A stretch of DNA of 42,236 nucleotides from a virus. The stretch is from the UHGV virus genome UHGV-1360403. The stretch is one strand, 5' to 3'. Under the pieces are notes generated by a model, which saw only the letters and a program-made list of their open reading frames with translations, was not told the DNA's origin and made no database searches. Below are positions 27,649-37,691 of the stretch, piece after piece (the first letter of the stretch is position 1; each line of letters opens with the position of its first letter). The translations under genes and the position numbers were made by a program.

Positions 27649-29623
27649 AACTATTAAAGATTTCCTCGTCTCGCTTGGCTTCCGTGTGGATGATGCAGGA
27701 GCGAAAAAGTTCGGTTCTGTCCTCGCCGGTACAACTGCAAATGTCATCAAAATGGGGCTGGCTGTTGAAGGGGCTGCGCTGTCCGTGGTGGCCTTCACGG
27801 CTAAGATCGCCTCCGGCCTGGATAATCTTTACTGGGCGTCACAGCGCACCGGCGCGACGGTCCAGGGAATTCAGTCTATTGGCTATGCGGTTTCGCAGGT
27901 TGGCGGCAGTGTGGACGCTGCGCGATCTTCTCTGGAAAGCCTCTCCCGGTTTATTCGTAACAATCCCGGAGCAGAAGGCTTTCTGAATCGCCTGGGCGTA
28001 CAGACCCGTGATGCCAGCGGTAACATGCGTGACATGGCTGCTATCTTTACGGGCGTTGGACAGAAACTCAGCAGCATGCCGTATTACCGGGCTAACCAGT
28101 ATGCGCAGATGCTGGGCATTGACGAAAATACCCTGATGGCTATGCGTCGCGGAGTGGGGCAGTTCAGCGCTCAGTATTCAGAAATGGTGAAAGCGATCGG
28201 ATTTAATGCCGATCAGGCTGCCTTATCGTCAAACCGGTTTATGACCTCGCTGAAATCGCTCGGTGAAATGGCCAGGATGGCGCGGGACAAAATCGGATCG
28301 AATCTTGCGGACGGACTGGCGGGGCAGATTGATAACCTGCGCAAAAAGATAATTGAAAATTTTCCCAAAATTGAAGTCACCATCACAAAGGTCATAAAGG
28401 GGATCCTCTGGCTGGGTGAGATAGTCGGGCGGGTAGCATTTCGGATAGTCGATGGTGTCGGAGATATCATCGAGTGGTGGGGGAAACTGGATGCCGAAAC
28501 GAAAACCCTGATAGAGGTTATCGGCGGTCTGGTTGTCGCCATGCGGATACTTAACTCTACTTTCTGGATGTCACCTATAGGGCTGATTACCGGTCTGATC
28601 GTGGCTCTCGGTCTCTTGTGGGAAGACTACAAAACATGGAAAGAAGGCGGTAACAGTCTTATCGACTGGGAAAAATGGCAACCGGCAATAGATAAAGCGA
28701 AGGATGCGATCACCTGGCTTCGTGATCACCTTCTGGAACTAAAAGATGGTGTTGGCGGCTGGCAAAATGCACTGGAAATCCTTGGTACATTCATCGCGGG
28801 TGTCTGGGTATCCAGGGTTCTGGGGGCTTTCGGGAAAATATCAGGTTTGCCGGTCCCGCCGTGGTTAAAAGGCTGGATGGCTTATGCTGCGTATTTGTAC
28901 TCTGATCGCGAAAATATTGGTGCCAGTGCGAAGTCATCCTGGGATTACACGAAACAAAATATTGGAGATTCATTGCGCTGGCTTGGCATTGATACCGATT
29001 TTGGTCGTAATCCTCATACCGTAAAAGGCGCAAATATTCAGTCAGATATTCCAGGTGCTGAGCCGGAACAATATGCACAGGCTACGAAACGAGGAGAACG
29101 GAATAACAATCCGGGAAACCTTAATTTTGCTGGTCAGGCAGGGGCTTCTCTTGAACGCCCGGGCGGGCGATTTGCCAGATTTGAAACTGCCTTTGATGGA
29201 TTACGGGCTCTTGCTCGTCAGTTAATGCTGTACGCCGGACGGGGAATAAACAGTGTGGAGAAAATTATCTCTACCTGGGCACCTGCGTCTGATAATAACA
29301 ACACAACAGCGTATATCAGGGCTGTATCGCAACGACTGGGAGTGGATCCCCGGGCTGCCCTGAATATGAGCGATCCGCAAACCATGTCAGCATTGATGAG
29401 CAGCATTATCCAGCATGAGAATGGAAGAAATATCTATTCTCGAGAGCTGATTAATAAGGCTGCCGTGGCGGGAATTAGTGGCAAAGTGACAGAGGTTAAC
29501 CAGCAAAATACCTACCACATTTACGGTGGCGGAGATCCGCACGCTGTCGGTAATGAGGTTGCACGTCGGCAACAGTCTGCAAATGCTCAGGTCATGCGAA
29601 GTAATCAGGTGAGGGTGGGTTAG
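27638..29623 (+). CDS. Tail tape measure protein
   Basis: About 660 aa with hydrophobic central segments; ATG at 27638 with SD GAGAGG (the ORF-track start at 27617 is TTG). Confidence 0.8.
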   Translation: MNAETIKDFLVSLGFRVDDAGAKKFGSVLAGTTANVIKMGLAVEGAALSVVAFTAKIASGLDNLYWASQRTGATVQGIQSIGYAVSQVGGSVDAARSSLESLSRFIRNNPGAEGFLNRLGVQTRDASGNMRDMAAIFTGVGQKLSSMPYYRANQYAQMLGIDENTLMAMRRGVGQFSAQYSEMVKAIGFNADQAALSSNRFMTSLKSLGEMARMARDKIGSNLADGLAGQIDNLRKKIIENFPKIEVTITKVIKGILWLGEIVGRVAFRIVDGVGDIIEWWGKLDAETKTLIEVIGGLVVAMRILNSTFWMSPIGLITGLIVALGLLWEDYKTWKEGGNSLIDWEKWQPAIDKAKDAITWLRDHLLELKDGVGGWQNALEILGTFIAGVWVSRVLGAFGKISGLPVPPWLKGWMAYAAYLYSDRENIGASAKSSWDYTKQNIGDSLRWLGIDTDFGRNPHTVKGANIQSDIPGAEPEQYAQATKRGERNNNPGNLNFAGQAGASLERPGGRFARFETAFDGLRALARQLMLYAGRGINSVEKIISTWAPASDNNNTTAYIRAVSQRLGVDPRAALNMSDPQTMSALMSSIIQHENGRNIYSRELINKAAVAGISGKVTEVNQQNTYHIYGGGDPHAVGNEVARRQQSANAQVMRSNQVRVG

Positions 29624-30210
29624 TGGATATTCTCTCTACACTTTTTCATCAGCAGAGCAGAAAAATAGGAATGATTGTTCCCAGTGTTGTTATTTCAGAG
29701 AAGCATACAGATATGCTTGAAATAACAGAGCATCCGGTAGAGGTCGGGGCCGCTGTCGCTGATCATGCCTATAAAAAACCGTCAGAAGTGGTGATGGAGG
29801 TTGGTTTCGCCGGTGGCGGCGCATTGCTGGATTTTGCCAGTAACCTGACGGCTACCAGCCTGCTCGGCCTGAGTCCTCAGCAGACGTATCAGGAGCTACT
29901 GGGTCTGCAGGAAAGCCGTATCCCCTTCGATGTGGTAACCGGTAAACGGCTGTACAGCAACATGTTGATCCGGGCGCTGGAAGTGACGACGGACAAGACA
30001 ACCGAAAACGTCCTGTCCGCCGTCCTCACCCTGAGGGAGGTCATTATCTCCCGGACACAGCAGATTACCGTCGCGGATAAAACCAACATGAAGGAAGGGG
30101 CCAGCACGTCGGCGGTACAGAACAGCGGCAACAAAACCACAAAGCCTCCAGATACTTCACTGCTGAAAAGCATCACGGGTAACGTGGCGTCATTACTGGG
30201 GGGCGGCTAA
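29623..30210 (+). CDS. Baseplate/tail protein, hypothetical
   Basis: 195 aa following the tape measure with overlapping stop/start. Confidence 0.45.
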   Translation: MDILSTLFHQQSRKIGMIVPSVVISEKHTDMLEITEHPVEVGAAVADHAYKKPSEVVMEVGFAGGGALLDFASNLTATSLLGLSPQQTYQELLGLQESRIPFDVVTGKRLYSNMLIRALEVTTDKTTENVLSAVLTLREVIISRTQQITVADKTNMKEGASTSAVQNSGNKTTKPPDTSLLKSITGNVASLLGGG

Positions 30211-30512
30211 TGACAATTCAGGAAATTCCGCTGACAGCGGACAACCAGCAGTTCAGCATCGTCCTGGGTGGTGTCACCTGGCGGATTAGCATCATATGGC
30301 GCGATCTGTACTGGATTATGGACCTGCAGAACGACAGAGGGGAGCCGGTAATCTCCGGTATTCCTCTCGTCACTGGTGCTGACCTGCTGGCGCAGTACGC
30401 CTGTATGGGGCTTGGTTTTAAGCTGGTGGTGGTCTGTGATGACAACACACAGGATTACCCCACAAAAACTGACCTGGGCGGTCGCAGCCATTTACTGGTA
30501 TCAACGGAGTAA
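30210..30512 (+). CDS. Baseplate protein, hypothetical
   Basis: 100 aa, coupled to neighbours. Confidence 0.4.
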   Translation: MTIQEIPLTADNQQFSIVLGGVTWRISIIWRDLYWIMDLQNDRGEPVISGIPLVTGADLLAQYACMGLGFKLVVVCDDNTQDYPTKTDLGGRSHLLVSTE

Positions 30513-30514
30513 GC

Positions 30515-31579
30515 ATGTCACAGAACTGGATGAGACATTTCGAGCTGCAGCTTGTGGACGGGAACGGTCAGGGAATTGAGCTAAGTGATTTCAAAGTCAC
30601 CTTTACGATCGACTGGTTCAACATCAGCAGCGCGTCCCGGGTAGGGACTATCAAAATTTATAACCTCTCGGCAGATACTGTGAACCGAATTACCGGGCAG
30701 GAGTTTTCGAAAGTGCGTCTGATTGCCGGTTACGACGGTATCGCGCCGGAGGTGTCAGCAAGCGACGTAGGGACCGTGCGGGAAGTTGACGCGGCGGACG
30801 TGGGCCAGAGAGATGGCCGCAACTACGGACTGATTTTCAGCGGTGAAATTCGCTACTCGGTCACAGGAAAAGACAGTCCGGTTGATACCTACGTCCTGAT
30901 TCAGGCAGCAGATACTGATCTGGCTTTTGCTACCAGTATAACCTCACAGACGCTGGCTGCCGGTTACACGGTCGCTGATGTGAACCGTGCGCTGATGAAA
31001 GACTTCGAAGCCAAAGGCGCGACCGAAGGCCTGACGCCTGAAATGCCTGCTACTGTATTCCCCCGGGGGCGGGTACTCTTTGGCATGACGCGGCATCTAA
31101 TGGATAACGTAGCCGGACAATGTGGCGCAACATGGCAATTCGTGGACGGTCAGCGCCAGATGGTGGTGAATAACGAATATGTTCACGAAGCGATTGTGCT
31201 CAACAGCGCTACCGGGCTTATTGGAATGCCGCAGCAGACTATCGGTAACGGCGTAAACGTCCGCGCGCTTATTAATCCGAACATCCGGGTTAACGGGCTC
31301 ATTCAGCTGGATCAGGCTTCCGTCTATCGTACCGCGTTGTCGAACAACGATATTGCGATGGCTGGTGGTCAGATCACCGACCAGAACACGGACGGAAATA
31401 TCACGCTCAGCGGCACCACATCGCAGCCTGCCAGCATCGCAACGGATGGCGTTTATATTGTGCGCGGGATTATGTACACTGGCGACACAAGGGGCCAGGC
31501 GTGGTACATGGATATGATGTGTGAAGCGCGTGGCGCGGCGGATCTTGTTTCCTCATCAGCGAGGGAAAGAGGGCTTTAA
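30515..31579 (+). CDS. Baseplate hub-like protein
   Basis: 354 aa at the position of the hub gene in Mu/P2-type baseplate modules. Confidence 0.45.
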   Translation: MSQNWMRHFELQLVDGNGQGIELSDFKVTFTIDWFNISSASRVGTIKIYNLSADTVNRITGQEFSKVRLIAGYDGIAPEVSASDVGTVREVDAADVGQRDGRNYGLIFSGEIRYSVTGKDSPVDTYVLIQAADTDLAFATSITSQTLAAGYTVADVNRALMKDFEAKGATEGLTPEMPATVFPRGRVLFGMTRHLMDNVAGQCGATWQFVDGQRQMVVNNEYVHEAIVLNSATGLIGMPQQTIGNGVNVRALINPNIRVNGLIQLDQASVYRTALSNNDIAMAGGQITDQNTDGNITLSGTTSQPASIATDGVYIVRGIMYTGDTRGQAWYMDMMCEARGAADLVSSSARERGL

Positions 31580-31914
31580 TGAAACGGTTATGTTTGGCGT
31601 TAGTTATGATGGTTACTGCTCCGGCGATGGCTGCAATTCAGTGCGGCAACTACACGATGACCGGTGACGGAATGACTGTTATTAACGGTGAAACTGTCAC
31701 ATCACAGAAGATAAAATTTCTGGGAAAAGATGGTGACTATTCAAACATGAAAATGGACATGGGCCTGATGCCTTCCCGTGATGGTAACAATTACGGCTTT
31801 GAGTTTGTGAAACGTAACGGAAAAGCTTTCCTGAACGTCCAGCTGCTGCAGAACAGCATGGACGCGCCGAAAATCATTGGATCTTTCCCGTGTAAAAAAG
31901 TGAGCAGCAAGTGA
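31579..31914 (+). CDS. Small secreted protein (cargo), cleavable signal peptide
   Basis: MKRLCLALVMMVTAPAMA-AIQCG...: signal peptide with AMA cleavage motif, two Cys in the mature part, no lipobox. Confidence 0.6.
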   Translation: MKRLCLALVMMVTAPAMAAIQCGNYTMTGDGMTVINGETVTSQKIKFLGKDGDYSNMKMDMGLMPSRDGNNYGFEFVKRNGKAFLNVQLLQNSMDAPKIIGSFPCKKVSSK

Positions 31915-32423
31915 CAGTTGATGATGATCCTTTGAATTCATTTCAAGACCCTGACTTTCAGGAACTTCTCGGCGGAATTGATATTACTCTTGTTATAAGG
32001 TTTTTTAATTATTTTTCGCGTTTCGAATATGCGTTAAAAAGAATTAATTTCAAAAAAACTGATCGTAGAAATTATCTAATCGGTGCTGACTGGAGCCGCT
32101 ACGCTACTGATGATACGCGGCCTTTATATCCTACTGGAAATAGAAATGTCGATAGGGCAGTTGAGTATCTATGTCAGCAACCTGTGAAGCAGCAGAGGCA
32201 TGATTTTTCGTGGGAGGATAAACCTCCAATCGAACCTCATTCTCTTGCTGAAGCATTAAAGCAGATCCCGTATATAAGAAATAATCTCTTTCACGGCGGG
32301 AAGTATTTACGTCCCGCCCCCGTTCGTGATGAAAAGTTATTGAAATACTCTATTTATTTGATGCAGTTGTGTTTGATAACTGATAATCAGCTTTCTGAAT
32401 ACTTTAATACTATCCACCGATAG
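31911..32423 (+). CDS. AT-rich cargo protein with HEPN-like R-x4-H motif (170 aa)
   Basis: Motif IRNNLFHGG (R-x4-H) near the C-terminus; GTG start overlaps the upstream stop (GTGA); AT-rich. Confidence 0.5.
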   Translation: MTVDDDPLNSFQDPDFQELLGGIDITLVIRFFNYFSRFEYALKRINFKKTDRRNYLIGADWSRYATDDTRPLYPTGNRNVDRAVEYLCQQPVKQQRHDFSWEDKPPIEPHSLAEALKQIPYIRNNLFHGGKYLRPAPVRDEKLLKYSIYLMQLCLITDNQLSEYFNTIHR

Positions 32424-32443
32424 TCATTCTTCATGAGATAAAA

Positions 32444-32466
32444 CCTGCCACCCGGCGGGTTTTTTG
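32444..32466 (+). terminator. Intrinsic terminator after the cargo pair
   Basis: CCTGCC-ACCC-GGCGGG (one G-U pair) followed by TTTTTT. Confidence 0.55.
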
Positions 32467-32483
32467 CTTTTTGGAGCCTACCA

Positions 32484-33236
32484 ATGGCAGTAACTGACCA
32501 GACCCGCAGTGGCGATCTTGCCGAAACATTTAAATCTGAACGGGAAACAACAAAGAACCAGATCCGTGTCGCCTTGCCTGGCATTATTCAGTCATTCGAT
32601 CCTGACGCGGTGACGGCGGTTGTGCAGCCAGCTATCCGGTCAGTTGAAAAGGATAACGACGGTAACCGCATTACCAAAAATTACCCATTGCTGGTGGATG
32701 TGCCAGTGGTATTCCCGCGCGGCGGAGGCTGTACGTTGACTTTTCCGGTAAAAGCTGGGGATGAGTGTCTTGTCGTTTTTGCCGATCGTTGTATTGATTT
32801 CTGGTGGCAGAGCGGCGGGATACAGGAGACGGTTGATGACAGAATGCATGATTTATCGGATGCGTTTTGTATTGTCGGTCCCCAGTCGCAGGCTAGGAAG
32901 ATTAGCGGTATTAATACCAGTGCCACACAGTTGCGTAGTGACGACGGCAGCACCTATTTTGAGCTTAATCCTGATACCAGGAAAATTAAAATTGTCGCTC
33001 CGGGGGGGCTTGATGTGGTTGCCCCCCTGGCTGATTTTTCTGAGAAAGTAACCATTCATGGCCTGTTAACCTGGATGGGGGGCATGGTGGGGTCTGTGGT
33101 TTCTGGTGTGGCTTCAAAAATCACTGGTGCTGTTGAGTTTTTGGGGAGCGTGAAGGCTAACGGCAAGCCAATCGATGATACGCACACTCATGGTGGTGTT
33201 CAGCGCGGTGGAAGCAGTACCGACGGGGTAAACTGA
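32484..33236 (+). CDS. Baseplate assembly protein V (central spike)
   Basis: 250 aa, Gly-rich C-terminal region (GGVQRGGSSTDGV) as in gpV/Mu gp45-type spikes. Confidence 0.65.
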   Translation: MAVTDQTRSGDLAETFKSERETTKNQIRVALPGIIQSFDPDAVTAVVQPAIRSVEKDNDGNRITKNYPLLVDVPVVFPRGGGCTLTFPVKAGDECLVVFADRCIDFWWQSGGIQETVDDRMHDLSDAFCIVGPQSQARKISGINTSATQLRSDDGSTYFELNPDTRKIKIVAPGGLDVVAPLADFSEKVTIHGLLTWMGGMVGSVVSGVASKITGAVEFLGSVKANGKPIDDTHTHGGVQRGGSSTDGVN

Positions 33237-33589
33237 TGCGATACAGACGTGAAGACGCCGATGGCGATTACACCTTTGGCAGCGGTGATGACACCTGGCT
33301 GATTAACTCACCGGAGGCCGTGGCGCAGGCGGTAAAAACGCGATTCGAATTGTGGTATGGGCAATGGTTTCTCGACACCACCGAGGGGACTCCGTGGATC
33401 CAGTCCGTACTCGGTAAGCAGAAGCCGGAAACCTACAACCTGGCGATCCGTAAGCGCATCCTCGAAACGCAGGGCGTTAAATCAATCCTCTCTTTCAATA
33501 CGACGCTGGATACCACGACCCGACGTGTCATGTTTTCCGCTGAAATCGACACTCTTTATGGAATAACGACTGTTACATCGGAGGCGTAA
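33236..33589 (+). CDS. Baseplate protein (gpW/gp25-like position)
   Basis: 117 aa between V-like and J-like genes. Confidence 0.45.
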   Translation: MRYRREDADGDYTFGSGDDTWLINSPEAVAQAVKTRFELWYGQWFLDTTEGTPWIQSVLGKQKPETYNLAIRKRILETQGVKSILSFNTTLDTTTRRVMFSAEIDTLYGITTVTSEA

Positions 33590-34788
33590 TGGCTCTGAAC
33601 CTTGATTCTCTCGGTTTATCTGCAAAGGTAACCGCGGAGGGGATCAGTGCGCCTGATTATCAGACGATACTCAGCACCCTGATTAGCTATTTTCAGCAGA
33701 TTTATGGCAGTGATGCCTACCTCGAACCGGACAGCAAAGACGGCCAGATGGTGGCTCTGATGGCGCTGGCGATTCATGATGCCAATAATACTGCGATAAC
33801 TGTCTACAACTGTTTTTCACCGGCAACCGGCTATGGGGCTGCACTGACCTGTAACGTGAAAATAAATGGTATTTCACGTAAAGGCGCGACGAACTCTACG
33901 GTTGATTTGCTTCTTACAGGAACTGCCGGAACAACCATCATTAATGGCAGCGTGAAAGACAGTAATAATGTGATATGGCGTTTGCCTGCTTCAGTGGTGG
34001 TAGGCGTGGATGGTACAGTGATGGTGACCGCAACATGTTCCGTCAGTGGTGCAGTGGCGGCGCTGGCTGGAACTATCACTGAAATTAATACGCCAACCCG
34101 TGGCTGGGTTTCGGTAACCAATCCTGCTGCAGCCACTGTGGGCACTCCGGCAGAAACTGACGCTGAGTTACGTATCCGCCAGTCGCAAAGTGTTGCGTTG
34201 CCATCAATAACCCCATTTGAAGCACTGGATGGTGCTGTTTCTAATGTTACCGGTGTAACCCGCCACAAACTCTATGAAAACGATACTGGTTCGGAGGACG
34301 GTAACGGGTTACCGCCACACTCTGTTGCTGTAATTGTGGATGGCGGTGATGTAACGGATATTGCTCAGGCTATCAGAGGGAATAAAGGCCAGGGGACAGC
34401 CACTCACGGTACAACATCCGTTACGGTTCCGGATAAATACGGCAATCCCCATGTAATCAAATTCTCGCGTTCCAGTGATGTGCCTGTTTATGCCCTGATT
34501 AAATTAAAAGTTTTTACGGGTTATACCTCACAGATAGGGCAGCAGATCCAGCAGGCTATTTCCGACTATATCAATAGTCTGATGATTGGTGATTCGGTCC
34601 TTTTAAGTCGCATTTACTCACCGGCGAATCTTGGCGTGGTGAGTGGCGGGAATGCACGCTATTACGATATTCAGGAACTGACGATTGGGAAATCCCCGGG
34701 GGCTTTGTCGTCATCAAACATTGATATCAGATACAACGAATCTGCGTCCTGTACCCCGAAAAATATCGTTATAACGGTGGAGTCATGA
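33589..34788 (+). CDS. Baseplate J-like protein
   Basis: 399 aa at the conserved position and size for baseplate J. Confidence 0.7.
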   Translation: MALNLDSLGLSAKVTAEGISAPDYQTILSTLISYFQQIYGSDAYLEPDSKDGQMVALMALAIHDANNTAITVYNCFSPATGYGAALTCNVKINGISRKGATNSTVDLLLTGTAGTTIINGSVKDSNNVIWRLPASVVVGVDGTVMVTATCSVSGAVAALAGTITEINTPTRGWVSVTNPAAATVGTPAETDAELRIRQSQSVALPSITPFEALDGAVSNVTGVTRHKLYENDTGSEDGNGLPPHSVAVIVDGGDVTDIAQAIRGNKGQGTATHGTTSVTVPDKYGNPHVIKFSRSSDVPVYALIKLKVFTGYTSQIGQQIQQAISDYINSLMIGDSVLLSRIYSPANLGVVSGGNARYYDIQELTIGKSPGALSSSNIDIRYNESASCTPKNIVITVES

Positions 34789-35465
34789 GCAAATACACCG
34801 AACTAATCACGAACTACCACGCCACCAAACCTAAATTTCTTGCGCATGTTGATCTGATGACCCGGCCACTTATTGATGTTGCGGCTGCCACCAGAGGGCT
34901 GATTAGTGCATTTGATATTGACTCTGCGGTTGGTGTGCAACTTGACATCCTTGGATTGTGGATCGGACGTAGCCGTGTTGTCAGCCAGCCTATCTCAGGT
35001 GTCTATTTCAGCTGGGATACCGACGGGCTTGGATATGATCAGGGGGTATGGCAGGGACCATACGATCCTGATTCAGGATACATGTATCTCAGCGATGAAA
35101 CTTATCGTGTCATTCTTAAAGCGAAGATTGCGATTAATAACTGGGACGGACGGAATGATTCGCTTCCGGCAATTCTTGACGCGGCAACAGCAGGATCCGG
35201 GCTGCGAATGCAGATAGTCGATAACCAGGACATGACGATATCGGTCTGGGTCTTTCCTGATACTGATATTTCAGATGTATCGCGTGAGTTAATTGCGGCA
35301 ATTAAACAGGGGTATCTCACAGTAAAAGCCGCCGGGGTATGGGCGGGTGGCATTGAAACACCTTCGGTGGAAACCCCATCGGAAGGCTCAAAATTTTTTG
35401 GTTTTGATATGGATAACGAATTCATCAGTGGTTTTGATGTAGGAGCATGGGGAGTATTACTCTGA
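34785..35465 (+). CDS. Baseplate/tail protein (gpI-like position)
   Basis: 226 aa, coupled to the J-like gene and preceding the tail fibre. Confidence 0.5.
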   Translation: MSKYTELITNYHATKPKFLAHVDLMTRPLIDVAAATRGLISAFDIDSAVGVQLDILGLWIGRSRVVSQPISGVYFSWDTDGLGYDQGVWQGPYDPDSGYMYLSDETYRVILKAKIAINNWDGRNDSLPAILDAATAGSGLRMQIVDNQDMTISVWVFPDTDISDVSRELIAAIKQGYLTVKAAGVWAGGIETPSVETPSEGSKFFGFDMDNEFISGFDVGAWGVLL

Positions 35466-36259
35466 TGGCGAAAAATGACTTTAAAGCGTTTGCAACGGAT
35501 CGAAATGCCAATGTTATATCGCAGGAGGAATGGGAAGCGTTGCCCGCGCTTTTATCTGGATTTACAGCAGGGAAAGCCTCCAGTGCGCAAGTCAATAAGG
35601 TTATTCGGCAGGCCAGCTTTATTGCTGCAGCTCTGGCCCAGTTTGTAAGTGATAAAACGCAACGGGATGTGCTTGATAATGGTGATCTGCCCGGTTTTGT
35701 TGAATTGCTGGGATCGGGGTTTGCTGTTGAATACCTGAGCCGCAAGAATCCGTTTGGCGATATCAAATCGGACGGCACGGTGAAAACAGCTCTCGAAAAC
35801 CTTGGTTTGGGAGAAGGTGCCCCAGCTATTGGCGTTCCGTTCTTCTGGCCGTCCGCTGCAATGCCAAATTCTGTCATCGACAGCTGGTCCGGTATGGTGT
35901 TTTTGAAGTTTAACGGGGCGAAATTTTCTGCCTCTGATTACCCTGTGCTGGCGAAAGTGTTTCCTTCGCTGGTATTACCTGAAGCCCGCGGTGATTTCAT
36001 TCGTATCTGGGATGACGGGCGAGGTGCAGACGGTGGTCGCGAATTATTAAGCTGGCAGGCAGCTACAAACTTTTCTCAGTTTGCCGGGAATATAGGCGAT
36101 GGTGCGGGCCACACAATTAATTTTCATGATGGTATCGCCGGAAATCAGCCAGGATTTTCACGATTTAATTTCACCAGTAACTCTGTGGGTGATGGTGTGA
36201 ATTTTGTTGCCGTCAGACCGCGAAATATTGCATTTAACTTTCTGGTGAGGGCTAAATGA
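35447..36259 (+). CDS. Tail fibre protein (constant N-terminal part to codon 123, then variable C-terminal part Sv in the current orientation)
   Basis: 270 aa; tail-collar-like segment [41 protein letters not shown]; inverted-repeat crossover site inside at 35802-35816. Confidence 0.7.
   Translation: MGSITLMAKNDFKAFATDRNANVISQEEWEALPALLSGFTAGKASSAQVNKVIRQASFIAAALAQFVSDKTQRDVLDNGDLPGFVELLGSGFAVEYLSRKNPFGDIKSDGTVKTALENLGLGEGAPAIGVPFFWPSAAMPNSVIDSWSGMVFLKFNGAKFSASDYPVLAKVFPSLVLPEARGDFIRIWDDGRGADGGRELLSWQAATNFSQFAGNIGDGAGHTINFHDGIAGNQPGFSRFNFTSNSVGDGVNFVAVRPRNIAFNFLVRAK
35802..35816. repeat. Left inverted repeat of the invertible tail-fibre segment
   Basis: TTGGTTTGGGAGAAG; perfect reverse complement at 37611-37625; encodes (N)LGLGE in the fibre. 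Confidence 0.7.
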
Positions 36260-36852
36260 TGACCCCAATTTTTGATGAAAATGGACTGGCTACAGTGCCG
36301 GGCGATATGCGTTGTTTTTATTATGATGCTGAAACATCTGAGTATACGGGCTGGTCTGATGAATATATTAATACTGGCGTAAGTATGCCCGCCTGTTCCA
36401 CTGGAATTAACCCTGGCGAAAACATTCCGGGAAAAGTGGCTGTATTTACAGGTAAGGGATGGAGCCATGAAGAGGACCATCGCAATGAGACTGTTTACTC
36501 AATCGAAAATGGCGCAGCTGTTACAGTGGATTATATCGGTGCCATCAAAGATGGTTATGTCACGCTTTCACCGTTAACGCCATACGATAAATGGGATGGT
36601 GAGAAATGGGTGACGGATACCGAGGCACAGCATAGCGCCGCAGTAGACGCGTCAGAAGCACAGCGCCAGTCACTGATTGATGCAGCAATGGCTTCCATTA
36701 GTCTGATTCAGCTGAAATTACAAGCCGGGCGGAAACTGACGCAGGCAGAAACAACCCGGCTTAACGCTGTGCTGGATTACATTGACGCGGTGACGGCAAC
36801 AGATACCAGCACCGCGCCGGATGTCATCTGGCCTGAACTGCCGGAGGCGTAG
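36256..36852 (+). CDS. Tail fibre assembly protein (Tfa/U-like)
   Basis: C-terminal ...[26 protein letters not shown] is a typical Tfa signature. Confidence 0.75.
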   Translation: MMTPIFDENGLATVPGDMRCFYYDAETSEYTGWSDEYINTGVSMPACSTGINPGENIPGKVAVFTGKGWSHEEDHRNETVYSIENGAAVTVDYIGAIKDGYVTLSPLTPYDKWDGEKWVTDTEAQHSAAVDASEAQRQSLIDAAMASISLIQLKLQAGRKLTQAETTRLNAVLDYIDAVTATDTSTAPDVIWPELPEA

Positions 36853-37264
36853 GCCATTCAATATCTGGCGCACCGGAAGTATCGACCAGTTCCAGTGCGT
36901 CCAGATAATCCAGCCACAAATTATATTGCACCAGTTCCTCACCTTTCAGGCGACCAATCGCCGCTTTACCAGGCCATTGCTTACTGTTTATGTATTCGTT
37001 GACCTGATTAATCAATTGCTGCTTTTTCAGTTCGGCTGCGGCAATTTGTTCCTCATGAGTTGGCGGTGGAATATCAATCCATGCAGGCATTCCGTCGATG
37101 ACACCTCTGTATTTTCCTTCTGGTGCTTCCTTCATAAATTCGGCAGCAACAGTGTCGTCAATTTCGATTCCATCATCGGGCCATTCGCCGGATTCCTGAT
37201 AAGCGATTTTAAGCTCCACAGGGAAAAACGCATTTTTATCGGCACTGAAAATATATTTCTGCAT
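36824..37264 (-). CDS. Alternative tail fibre assembly protein (U'-like), inverted orientation
   Basis: C-terminal ...[29 protein letters not shown]; convergent with and overlapping the plus-strand Tfa. Confidence 0.7.
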   Translation of the reverse strand: MQKYIFSADKNAFFPVELKIAYQESGEWPDDGIEIDDTVAAEFMKEAPEGKYRGVIDGMPAWIDIPPPTHEEQIAAAELKKQQLINQVNEYINSKQWPGKAAIGRLKGEELVQYNLWLDYLDALELVDTSGAPDIEWPTPPAVQAR

Positions 37265-37266
37265 TT

Positions 37267-37625
37267 CTACCGTCCTATCGAAATATAACTGAATCTGTAT
37301 TGCTGTGAGATATCACTGGTTGCCACACGCCACGCTGAATTACTGATATGTTCAAAATTTACAGACAAAACCTGCGGGGCAGGATTCGACGGGTCTGACT
37401 GAACGGCATCAGACATAACACTGACTGAAATCATCGGCTGATTAGGGAATGGTATAGGGAAGTGTCCACTGATAAAGCGGGTCGTGTTTCCTGAAAAAGT
37501 GCCAAACTGAACAATATATCCACCTGGTAGCCTGAACCATCCCGAACCAGAAGCGAATGCTCCCATATCCGGTATCTGATTATCTCCTGTGCCCACATTC
37601 CGTTTTGCCGCTTCTCCCAAACCAA
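37267..37625 (-). CDS. Alternative tail-fibre C-terminal cassette (Sv'-like), expressed only after inversion
   Basis: Minus-strand ORF reads ...INVGLGEAAKRNVGTGDNQ... through the right inverted repeat, sharing GLGE with the fibre at the crossover; the upstream ATG (37665) is probably fortuitous. Confidence 0.55.
37611..37625. repeat. Right inverted repeat of the invertible tail-fibre segment
   Basis: CTTCTCCCAAACCAA, reverse complement of 35802-35816; flanks agree at 5 of 7 further positions. Confidence 0.7.
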
Positions 37626-37691
37626 CGTTTATGAAAATGCAGAAATAACGAGCAAATGGCATCATTCCTGCTTTTGTCAGAGGGATCCACT

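Noticed and set aside
35425-35877. 150-aa minus-strand ORF overlapping the tail fibre 5' region
   Set aside because: Antisense to two well-supported structural genes; no motifs.
37626-37665. ATG at 37665 as the start of an independent minus-strand tail-fibre gene (ORF track 37267..37665)
   Set aside because: The frame reads in-frame through the right inverted repeat, so the segment is most likely a promoterless alternative C-terminus expressed only by fusion after inversion. The upstream ATG is probably fortuitous.
37665-37688. Gin/Hin gix-like site just upstream of the invertase ATG (TTCCTG...GGATCC)
   Set aside because: No matching inverted copy exists in the tail fibre gene. The real recombination repeats are the perfect 15-bp pair at 35802-35816 and 37611-37625.
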